Source: Tubulanus polymorphus
Taxonomy: Eukaryota > Animalia > Nemertea
Length of the DNA stretch: 64,000 nt
Reading direction: 5' to 3'
Assembly (NCBI RefSeq): GCF_964204645.1
Contig: NC_134027.1
Coordinates: 24,452,560 to 24,516,559 of the forward strand
Made by a program: the position numbers and the translations under genes. The notes under the pieces were generated by a model, which did no database searches, was not told the DNA's origin, and saw only the letters and a program-made list of their open reading frames with translations. Shown in pieces: positions 34,801 to 45,100 of the stretch. Position 1 is the first letter of the stretch. Every line of letters begins with the position of its first letter.

Positions 34801-35612
34801 TGTTTTCCCGTCAATCATCCGTTCCACCTGACTTGCCATTGACGGTTCTTTCAGGTAAAAAGTTCAAGCTCTTTTATGCTTTTTCAGTCACAGTTTTAAT
34901 TCCCAGTAATCGCTAACTGGTGTCAGTTGTTAGATTGTTTAAAGAACCAACATAAGCTTTTAACTGATCATCTCAAGTTGTTAGATCGGCTCTAGAACCA
35001 AATTGAGGTTAGACTGGTCTTAAGTTGTTAGATCAGTTATAGAACCAAAATGGGCTGGTCTTCAGTTGTTAGATTGGTTTTAGAACCAAAATGGGCTTAG
35101 ACTGGTCTTCAGTTATAGAACCGAAATGGGCTTAGACTGGTCTTCAGTGGTTACATCGGTTATAGAACTAAATTGAGCTTAGACTGGTCTTAAGTTGTTA
35201 GATTAAATCTAACAACTTAAGACCAGTCTAAGCTCCAGATTGGTTATAGAACCGAAATTGGCTTATACTGGTCTTAGGTAGTTAGTTTTATGATAGAACC
35301 CAAATGAGCTTAGACTGGTCTAAACGTCCAGTGCCACAAGTTGATATTTGTTTGTGAAATTTAAGATACATGTACATCGGATATGAACTACTGTTAGTTC
35401 TAATTCTTGACTTGAATTGAGACATGATGTATTTACTGATAGATTCCTGTGTCAGTTCCACGGCTGTGAGTCTACATTTTCTCAATTTTACAGATTCGAT
35501 TCATCACGAAGATAACGAGAGCCTACATAATGATTCACCGGAATGCACTGATCTACTTTCGCTTGTTTACGACACCGAACCGAAACTACCGATGAACGGA
35601 ATTAGTGTATGA
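19896..35612 (+). CDS. IL17R: Interleukin-17 receptor-like SEFIR-domain type I membrane protein, copy A (13 exons, about 716 aa)
   Basis: Exons 19896-20063, 22076-22112, 25038-25193, 26248-26378, 26462-26597, 27864-28051, 28592-28606 (microexon), 30405-30452, 32621-32735, 33197-33454, 33966-34013, 34123-34854, 35494-35612; total 2151 nt, open. Signal peptide, Cys-containing FnIII-like ectodomain (VIIQWQP, LRGYEI, FTYDC..VTVTSLP), Thr-rich stalk, TM (VLVPISIVVLIVVILLIVLLF-RK), SEFIR (KIFVLY..D..HHEIVLLFCRLL, QWI..EFASADRIVIINS, LF..A.DLL, VNAYF). Orthology to a specific vertebrate IL17R subtype not resolved. Confidence 0.88.
22482..22940. repeat. 44-bp minisatellite, about 10 units, in intron 2 of gene A only
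   Basis: Unit ACCCTGTGGTGCAATGTAAAATCCACCCACCCTATATTGCACTT (period 44: 22525, 22569). Confidence 0.95.
26747..27105. mobile_element. hAT-like MITE with 6-bp target duplication
   Basis: TAACTC|CAGGGTCCCTAT...ATAGGGACCCTG|TAACTC; subterminal TCCTTGAA repeats; absent from copy B intron 5. Confidence 0.8.
28592..28606 (+). CDS. 15-nt microexon (SNKSK) of IL-17R-like gene A
   Basis: ttttag|TCGAATAAGTCAAAA|gtaagt; phase 0-0; identical in copy B. Confidence 0.7.
30530..30819. mobile_element. piggyBac-like MITE, diverged copy
   Basis: Colinear with 8184-8464; right end GGG|TTAA; only the first ~45 bp survive at the paralogous site 49221-49264. Confidence 0.8.
31687..32025. mobile_element. CATCC...GGATG MITE family copy
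   Basis: Flanks TATCATATA / TGTCATATA; reverse orientation relative to 7767-8059. Confidence 0.85.
33640..33830. repeat. Degenerate array of short palindromic GTCGAAATTCGAC-type units (paralog at 50350-50550)
   Basis: Repeated TCGAAAT/ATTTCGAC motifs spaced about 20 bp in intron 10 of both genes. Confidence 0.7.
34915..35325. repeat. Dispersed degenerate ~47-bp tandem repeat family (also 1960-2235, 8825-8905, 21140-21280, 51625-51910)
   Basis: Unit approximately TTAGACTGGTCTTAAGTTGTTAGATTGGTTATAGAACCAAAATGAGC, in either orientation. Confidence 0.85.
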
Positions 35613-37169
35613 ACTGCTGAGATCTTTTAGAATTTTCTTTGTATTAGAACTTTATATGTGTCGTTGTTAACAGAGCTGCAAAACGTTCCTGATTTTCAGT
35701 ATTTTCCTTCTATTTTGTCCAGATTTAATTTGTTCGATGCGTACAGATAGATACGTATACGTGAAGGATCTTACTTTTCCGTCTAAGTGTTGATTACTGA
35801 TCAGTTTGAACATTTTATTTCATATTTCAATGGAATCTTGCTGAAAAATATACGATATGTTACTGATAGTATTTTTCAGAAGTTGGCAGCCCTGCGATAA
35901 ACAGAAATGTGAAAGTTGTCTTAGAGGGTCTTGAGATATTTGAATTGAAAACCCACTCACCCGCATAGCTGTATAGCATACGGCAGTGGTTTTTTTCTGC
36001 TGGCGTTTATATGCTCATCCTCCACGTACTGGTAATCCACATTTACGATGACAAAAACAGCGCCAGGTTCGTTTCCTTTTACTTCATTTCGAGGAAGCGT
36101 GAACATAGCAAAAATGATTGTCTCAGTTTCGATCAAATGAGTCGATAGAGCCTGATTTTATTAAAAAAAAAGTTCCCTCCCGCGTCTGTTCTATGAGTCT
36201 CAGGTTGAGCTTTTTATTTCAACTTTTTTATTTAAAAAAAGTAATAAAAATAAAATTCGCCCGCCCTCGTACTTTCCAGAAAAAAAATCTAATGAGAAAC
36301 TAGGGTATTTCTTTGTGTGGCCTTAATGCAACTTCTATTTTGAGTTGTATTTTTGTTTAAAGCACTGTGTCTGTTTTCCACGATGGCAGTAACAGTTTTT
36401 TTGGTAAATTTTTTTGTAGTTTTCTTGATAAAAAACTTCGTTCTCTAATTTTCACTTTCATTAACCCAGATTAGACATTACGTGTACAGTAATCAACCGT
36501 AGCTAAAAGGTGGGAAAAGTTGTAACGAACAATGTAAGAATTTTGGCTGGGGAAACATTTTCTCCGACTTGTTACTTACAGCGCGCAAAAGGCAATCGTG
36601 CTTCGTAAATGAAAATGTTTGTGGTTTGAAAAATATGAATGTTATCTATTCCATTAAATGGACTAGATAAAATTCATATATTTCAAACCACATCTAAATT
36701 TGTGTGAGGCAAAAATGTCTCACGATGATCATATCGCCATTCTGTGAGGGAGGAAAGTGACAGAGTCTCGTGATGCAATCATCTCGTAGCTTCTATTTAC
36801 AGAATATGTTTGTACTTAAATCATGTCGTGTTCGTTCTTATATTAAAATGTATTTAAAAAAAGTATATTTAAATGAAAAAAAGTAAATGAAAAGAGGCAA
36901 GCAACCATGACACTTCCGACTTTCCGTCTGAAGGTCATAGTATTAACATCCGATTTAATCCAGAGAGAAAATTTTTAAATGAAAATCTATGAAATAATGA
37001 AGATTACATACATTGGTAAATCTATTTATTTTCTATAACGCTGATTTTAATTGTGATCGGAAATTGTTTATCAATAAAAGAGAGTTTTGTAAACGTTGCG
37101 TTCATAGCGATTTTTAAGCCTTTCAGGAAGTTAGGCCTGCTCCAGAGTCAGGATTTCGATCAAGGCTAA

Positions 37170-37800
37170 TTGACTCTGAATCCAGTTCCACAGTTGTGTG
37201 GGTAATTTGACTCTGAATCCAGTTCCACAGTTTTGTGGGTTTAATTTGACTCTGATCCAGTTCCACAGTTGTGGCTTTAATTCGACTCTAAATCCAGTTC
37301 CACAGTTGTGTCTTTCAGTGCTTCTACACCGCAGTGCGGTGTATCAATCAGTGATAGATTTTGCTAGTACACCCGCACTGCAGTATATTGATTATTAGTA
37401 ATATTATTACATAATTAGTAATTAGTAATTATGTCTCTTGAAAAATGGCAGCACCTGTCAAACATTGTGAAATATTGGTAACTAACGATACACGGCGCAG
37501 CGGTAGTAGAGGCACTGTAGTGGTATTCCCGTTATTCAATACACTAGGGTGGAATTTTTAAAAATTTTCAAATTATCTCCAGCACTATAGGGTATTAATT
37601 AGTCAGCACCGACAGGGTTAATTTGACTCTGAAACAAGTTCCACAGTTGTGTGGGTTCAAGTTTCTCTGGATCCAGTTCCACTGTTTCGCGGGTTTAATG
37701 TGGCTCTGAACTTAAGATCAGTAGGCGTACAGTTGTGCTGGTTCACATTCGACTCCGGATCCAGTTCAACGTTTGTAGGTTTTTTATGTTGACTTTGAAC
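37170..37800. repeat. 39-bp minisatellite (degenerate, split by a piggyBac MITE)
   Basis: Unit TTTGACTCTGGATCCAGTTCCACAGTTGTGTGGGTTTAA. Confidence 0.85.
37312..37617. mobile_element. piggyBac-like MITE interrupting a 39-bp minisatellite
   Basis: Reverse-orientation copy of 8184-8464; right end GGG|TTAA, left CC and TTAA missing. Confidence 0.85.
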
Positions 37801-38375
37801 TCTTTCACAGAAGGTCAGTTAAAATTTCTGACACGAAACTGTATCATCAATAATAAAAAAGAAACGACTGGCACAAGATGATTTATTCCAAAAGCTGAAA
37901 TTAGAAAATCCAGAAGCAAAGTGAAAGAAACTTTATAGCGACTGAAAAGAAATTGATAATAGAATTTATAGTATTTTCACCTTGAAAAAGTAAAAACTGG
38001 ATAAAATGCATGGATATGCGAGTTGGGGGGGGGGGGGGGGAGTAAAACCTGCATGTCGAATCAGTAAACATGGAGATTAAGCCAGCGGATACTACGTACT
38101 TCGAAAGTAAACTGATTGTCGACGAGTATAATCGGTCGACAATCAGGATTGTAGACATTGCCGACGAGTACAATCGGTCGACAATCGGGATTGTCTATTT
38201 CAAATTGCTGAACCACCATAAAGAGAACCCACCACGATGGAACTATATTACCTATTCTGGAGTCGAACCGGCAGAATTATAAATTAACCAGGAATTTCCT
38301 GTTAAAAGAATTCACTGAAAATCATTGTTTTTATGACGCACTTTATCCCCGTGTGACTGCAAGCTTACACATTGT

Positions 38376-38473
38376 CATCCTCGCTTGCCAGGGATCCAGT
38401 ATCACTCCCAAACTCGCTTCCACCAGCGAACAGCTTTAGCGTAGTGGGTCGAATCCCTTGAGGGGTGAAGATG
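38376..38473. mobile_element. CATCC-family MITE with perfect 9-bp TSD
   Basis: ACACATTGT|CATCCT...AAGATG|ACACATTGT; absent from the paralogous site in copy A (about 14545). Confidence 0.8.
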
Positions 38474-39492
38474 ACACATTGTGGAAAACATTGTTTTTTT
38501 ACGGTCATCATCGCACAAGAATTGCACCAGACCCTAGTAGAATTCACTCGATGATCGTGGAAAATAGACGATAAACCAAAGTCGTATACAGATAGCTTAT
38601 AGTATTAAAACCATGATTTATTTATTCACAATTAAACCTTCGAAATGACACGACGTATAATGGATCAGTGCTGGTATCGAGTCCGCGCTATCTAAACTCG
38701 GTATGCTCGTCTCAGTATCTCGTTATGATTCGCAAAAGGGACAGGCATGTTGATTCAAATAACCGGTTTGTGTCTGAATAGGCCTACATAACATTCCATT
38801 CGCGTAAGAATAAGATAGTCTTAGATCAGAGTGACTAATAGTAAGTAATTGTATTTATTTTACATATCATTTTGGACCGAAGAAGGGAGCAATTTTACCA
38901 CCTGTCGTATAACTATTTCTAATAGTTTGATAAACTTTTCATTCAACGGTTGTGGGAATTTACTAGTGATCTGTGATTTATTGTGATCTAGTGACTTCAG
39001 ACAAGTCGGGTGTCCGATGCTCCACGTGAGCGTCTTTCTGATTCACCATTGCCAAACCGAAAAGGATGAAACTTGTTCTTTAGATTAGCCAAATTTGTGA
39101 GTGAATGTTTATAACAATTTCTACATTTTTTTCTCTTAAAATTGTCATGTAATTGTGTTCATTCCGCGATGCTTTACATTTGCGGATCAATAAAGTATTT
39201 TCAATTTGAACTTGAATTGTATATATATCAATGAGTTGGGGAAAACCCATCACGTTCCAGCCTATCACTGTGCGCGCTTTGCAATAGGAAAATGGTTGTT
39301 ACTTAGAATTAATATTATTTTCTCTACAGACCTCGCAAACAAAAGTTCACAGTTGATAGATGACAGTTAGCTAGCTAGCAAGGTGGGTCGAAATTATGAT
39401 TACTTTATTATCAGATTATATATACGCTTTGCCCACACATGCCACACACAGGTGTCTGTTGGCGATGGGCTTTGATTTTACTTCCTCCCAAA

Positions 39493-40435
39493 CATAGGGG
39501 CTCGTATCAGAGTTGTAGGTAATGTAAAAACGATAATCTGTTAATCCAACGTATATAGTATATATAAAATAAAATATTATTTTATATATCACAGGGGTTT
39601 CGCGATGGGCTTGGATTTTATTTCCGGGTTGTTGATAATCTCGCGAGAATGGCGCTAAATATGAACTGCAGATAAATTCAAAATATCATAGAAATACCTT
39701 GAGTTTATATTGTTTATTTATCCGCTATTAAGTTCCGATAAACAATTGGTCGTTAAGGATCATCATCAGACAGTCGTCACGCTTTACTATATAAAACAAC
39801 AAGGGATGAAACGCAGTTCAATTCGTGCCAGCCAGAAAGTTGGGACAGTCACGTGACAGTCGCGCTTCTTATTTGAATGAATGCAAACCCGAAGCATCTA
39901 AGATGGAAACTATGATACGAAAAATATTTGAGAATAACTTACATTCAAATGCATTTTTTTTCTATGAATTATATATTTGATCATAATTTATTCTTTATAA
40001 GTTATTAGTTTCATACGAATCATAATCCGACAATTGATATCGGTCTGTGAATATGTTAACTTTTCATGTTAAAGTTTTAAATGTGATGACATCATCAGAA
40101 TGTCACGTGACTGTCCCAACTTTCTGGCTGGCACAACTCTGAAGGCGTTTCATCCCTTGTTATTTTATATAGTAGCGTGACGACCGTCTGATAATGATTC
40201 TTAACGACCAATTGTTTATCGAAACTTTATAGCGGATAAATAAACAATATAAACACAAGGTATTTCCGTGATATTTTGAATTTATTCGCAGTTCATATTT
40301 AGTGCCATTCTCGCGAGATTATCAACAACCCGGAAATAAAATCCAAGCCCATCGCCAAACCCCTGTGTACTATATACGTTGGATTAACAGATTATCGTTT
40401 TTACATTACCTACAACTCTGATACGAGCCCCTATG
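39493..40435. mobile_element. Foldback-type non-autonomous DNA transposon with ~335-365-bp TIRs, P-superfamily-like ends
   Basis: Arms 39493-39858 and 40101-40435; termini CATAG...CTATG; flanks CTCCCAAA / CTCCCACA (8 bp, one mismatch). Confidence 0.85.
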
Positions 40436-40908
40436 CTCCCACAGTTCCTATTGAAAACAACCTCATTCACCAGAGTGTAACAAAAACACTCAAATTGTCA
40501 GTGAATTGTCAGTTGGGAACACATCCAATGTCACCAATGAAACTTGAAAAAAATCAATTTTATTGCGTGATATTGAAATCTTACTGTAGACTTGGGCCCA
40601 AAGCATTAAATTGATGAAGAAATGAAATCAATTCTTAGTTAAAACTTGGAGAATTGAAAACTGACGCCAGAGTTAAGCCGGGGTGGATGGAAAGAAGATG
40701 AAACTGTAACTCTAAGGTTTGATTCATTTCTGAAATTTTGGCTTATAAGATTAGAAAGTTATGAGGAAACGGATCAAATGAAATGAAATTTTCTGCGAGA
40801 AAAAAACTTAAAAAATTTACCAACTGAATATAACCCGTCTCTTTACGACTCTGCTAAAAGATTACTATTTCGATTTAGATTGTGATCAAGAATTTCTTTA
40901 TGGTTTAA

Positions 40909-41198
40909 CCCTTTCAATGCGTCTACACTGCAGTGCGGTGTATAAATCAGTGTTGGATTTTGCTAGTACACCGCACTGCAATATATTGATATTGGAATTA
41001 GTAATGAGTAATTATGTCACTTAAAAGATGGCAGCACCTGTCAATCATAGTGAAATATAAGTTACTAGCGATACACTGCGCCAGGGAGTAGACACACTAT
41101 AGTGTTATCCCGTTATTCAACACACTAGGGTAGAATTTGTCAAAATTTTCAAATTATCTCCGGCACTATAGGGTATTAATTAGTCAGCACTGAATGGG
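40909..41198. mobile_element. piggyBac-like MITE
   Basis: TTAA|CCCTTTCAATGC...GCACTGAATGGG|TTAA. Confidence 0.9.
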
Positions 41199-41351
41199 TT
41201 AAACCTTGTGAAACCATAATGTAACTTTCTATGCCTATGGTGAAACTGATCGGAGGGTTTTTAAAAGATGGAAGAATTTTGACCTTTGAAAATAAAAGGA
41301 TCGACGAGAAGATTACAACATATTTCTTAATACCTTGGAATGCAACGCTAC

Positions 41352-41545
41352 ATAATAAGATAAAAACCCACTATCTACAGAATAAAAGAATTTAAAAACA
41401 AGAATTTATTTATATCATCGTCATGTGACGATGATCTCTAGGGTGAGATTGAAACGTCGTGTATTCTATATATTTTAGATTGAATAAATAAATTCTTGTT
41501 TTTAAATTCTTCTAATCTGTAGATAGTGGCTTTTTATCTTATTAT
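41352..41545. mobile_element. Penelope-like element end in inverted arrangement with a damaged hammerhead core
   Basis: 41352-41413 is inverted-repeated in 41485-41545; 41424-41466 is the reverse complement of 16830-16871 but reads GTGACGA instead of CTGACGA. Confidence 0.6.
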
Positions 41546-42132
41546 CCGTTCACCACGTTTGAGTGTGGTTATCGTTCTAACGCTACATAGGCCTAAATCG
41601 GAAAATTATTTTCTGGCAGAAAAAAATTGAATGAGCAGGAAATACAAATGTCAGTACGAAAATTGATTTCTTTTGCGGAAAGTATTCTCTAATCCTCTGG
41701 AAAAACGAGTTAATAAAAATAAGCAATGCACATGGCCAGCAGTACCGAATTCCTTATTTGGCGAAAAAAGGGGCGGAGACTTAAGTTTTTGCTTCTGCTC
41801 AGACGAGACCGTACCGATCCGCGGCGCGCTGCCTTCGGCGACCGGCGTCCATCTGATAGGCCTAAACAATTGGATCAGTATCAGACGGTCACATCCGCTG
41901 TAATATCATAGGCCTACTGCCTGGATACAACAAGAACTAACAGTTATAACGAACAGATTTTCAGGGAAGGTTCACCCAAATATTTATCATATCAAATGTT
42001 TATAGTTGTTTATTTCTTATATCTAAATATAGAGTTGAAATTCTGATGTAGGCGTCGTCGTGCTGAGAGATGGCTATAGATGATGCGTAGATTGCGTTGA
42101 TCTTGTGACGGTTCGATGGATATTTTCGAGAA

Positions 42133-45100
42133 ATGTATTTTCTGACTGCGAGGAGCTGGTTGGTATCTGCTGCATTGGTGGTGGTACAAATAATCGTAAA
42201 CGGCATCGTCCTCAGTGGCGCGTCATCGTCGCCGTATGTCCAAGAACAGACGTGCGGCCACAAATACACGGACGTATTAGACTGTTCAAAAGACTCACTG
42301 GTAAGTTTTACTACTGTAAAACCCCTCTAGTGAATACCTACATCGGGACCGAGCAAATAGATGATTCACCCTCAAGAATTAGCTACAGCGGCCGACCGAG
42401 TGGCTTTGAAATGGATTTCAACAAAAGTCGAACCAAAATGTTATACTGGGTCATTCATTTATTACGTACACATTAGGGGAGGGGGAGGGGTCAGTGCAAT
42501 TGCGTACTGTAATGCTTAATGTATATGAAAAAATGGCCGATTTTGCGTACAGAGGGGAAGGGGGGTTAAAAATTTCAAATTTTATGCATACGTAATAAAT
42601 GACTGATCCCTACCGCAACTTGTTATAGGCCCCCTTTTCTTCTTCATGATGATTCTAGCACTTGCAGTATGAAAGCTTTCTCGCGTAAAAACTGCCCGTA
42701 AATAAAGTGATATTATTTGAATGATGAAAGCGGGACGATATGATTTACGGCGAATGCGATAAATGCCGTTTTCTTATCGATGAACTCGGTTCTTTTAAAG
42801 TCACGTTTTCGCGAGAGTGTTGGCATAAATCCGGATTAACCCGATACGGATTAAGCGGATCCGACTGTACAGAGAATTCAAAGAACATATGTAAGACCAG
42901 TCTCAGATTTTAGATCATCTTTCTACTGAAGATAGACTGGTTGAGACTTAAATCTCAAAATCTCAAGGCTGGTTGGTTGGCTAGTTGTTAGATCGGCTAT
43001 AGAACTAGGAGGTGGTTGGAACCAGTCCCCGAGTCTTAATTGTAAACTGAGTGCTCGGCTGTTTTGTCTGTATATATCATCCTAGTCATTTATCTTGTCT
43101 TTCAGCCTCACGTACAGTGTACCGTTATACAGGACAGTAACTGTGAGTAATGATTATTATTATATGGCATTTTAAACTAGGTATGCGCGTATTCCATTCG
43201 GCATATCAATGACAGAGTTCGGGTTTTTAGTGCGGTTAATTATTACGCTATTAACGGTAGACTTTGTTGATATGTGCGTAACATAAAAACCCACCGGTTC
43301 TGATGATGATATCCAAGTGACATAAAATGACTATTAGTGACGCATAAATCAACGAGTACTGTTGCTCTTCTGCTCAAATACCTAAATGCAGAATCAGATA
43401 AAAAATACTGGTCCTTGTTGTGTAGTTGTCGACATATTTTGTTACCACAATCAATGGCGTAGTCGTTGCTCATGACATGTTTCATGATTGTTGTGAGTTT
43501 CAAGGTCATCGGTTGTGGTATATGGTCACCAGCCAAATAACTTTTGCTTGGTATTGTACCTAAACATATTTTGTTACCACGATCAATTGCAAAATTTTAG
43601 CTGGTGACATTGTCTATGATTATGATGGTTCATTGTCTATGATTATGATGGTTCATTGGTTTTTGTATATGTTCACCAGGGGCAGTGTTTTCAATAAGAA
43701 ATTAACAAGCCAGGTCCCTTTGAAAATCAGGAGGGTCCCATAATATGTCACAGTCCCGGAAATGAAAGCTGGTTTGAAAAAACAGGCGGGTCCTTTACAC
43801 ACGACGGACGGGTCTGGGACCTGGCTCTTATTGAAAACACTGAGGGGGCGTTGAATATTGATATTTTCTGATTGTTGAGCATTTTTAAACCACTTACCAA
43901 GCGGGCGTGGTGTCCCTGGACCCCCCGTATCCCTAGTTTGTAAGCCGGAATGAATGTTTTATATGGAAACAGGGCAATAAAACATTATTCCTGTTATCAA
44001 TTCTTTCATCTTTTTTATATTTAAAGTCTGTAAAAATGGTACTCTGTATACTGATGGCAAGGGTGGTTGGCCTCTTAAACCGAGGGAATTGAGCCTGTTA
44101 CCGTATCAACACGAGTATAAATATGAAGGCGTTGTCTATTTATTATCAACTGTTATTATTCAGTGGAAGCCTTCATTTAATGGTAAGTTATCAATATACG
44201 GCTAAAAGTTGCAAGACAATGTTAACCCACTTGGGGCATAGCTGCAGAGGGCTGTTGGGTCCACTGTTCGCACTTAGGTTATGGACGGAATCCAGTTATT
44301 TTGGGAAGTTTTGAAGATGCTTCAATGGATTGTTTTGATATTTGGTTTATACATGTATCTACCCCGGATATATCTTCAGCCCAAAAATTGGCCTGATCAT
44401 ATGCAAATTGTTCACCAATACCTGCACTTTATAGCCCACTTGGCCGGAGGCCATTCGTGCTTACGCTTTACCCCTGTGTCAGGTTTCTTGTGAAAATTCC
44501 AGACCAGATTTTTGACCAATCGTCATCAAATTCGGATATATTGTGTATGACCCAAACATCTGGGATACTTGTGTTCAATACTTGTTGTAATTGGATCCAA
44601 GATGGCCGATTGGCGGCCCTCTTGGTTTCTGAAATGCACTATTTGGCTATCAACTGATATAATATTGATATGATATTCCATGCATAGCTTTCATTTTTTC
44701 ATATGAAGATGTGAAGTGGAATGGTCTATCTATCATATGACCAAACTAGGTCATGATATCATCCAATATGGCAGACTGGCAGCCATCTCGGTTTCTGAAA
44801 ATGCACGTTTTGAAAGGATATGACTGATATATACCATGTAGAGCTTTTCATTTTTTATATGGGGGTATTATGGCTGGCTGGCCGCCATCTTTGATTCTGA
44901 AATTATATATTTTGGTTATCAACTAGAGAATCTTCCAGTTAGAGCTATCATATTTCAAAATTCAACTGAAGTGACCTATTTCATGACCAAACTAGGTCAT
45001 GATGTCATCCAAAATTGCCGAATGGATTCTGAAACTATACATTTTGGTCATCAACTCGAAACGTTTCGCAGATAAAGTTTTGATATTTCATATAAATTTG

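Larger units (their letters stand above)
14454..38115 (+). repeat. Tandem segmental duplication, copy A (contains IL-17R-like gene A)
   Basis: Colinear similarity with 38275-54980 in upstream flank (14460-15770 vs 38281-39432), all exons, most introns and downstream flank (37800-38115 vs 54655-54980). Boundaries approximate. Confidence 0.9.
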
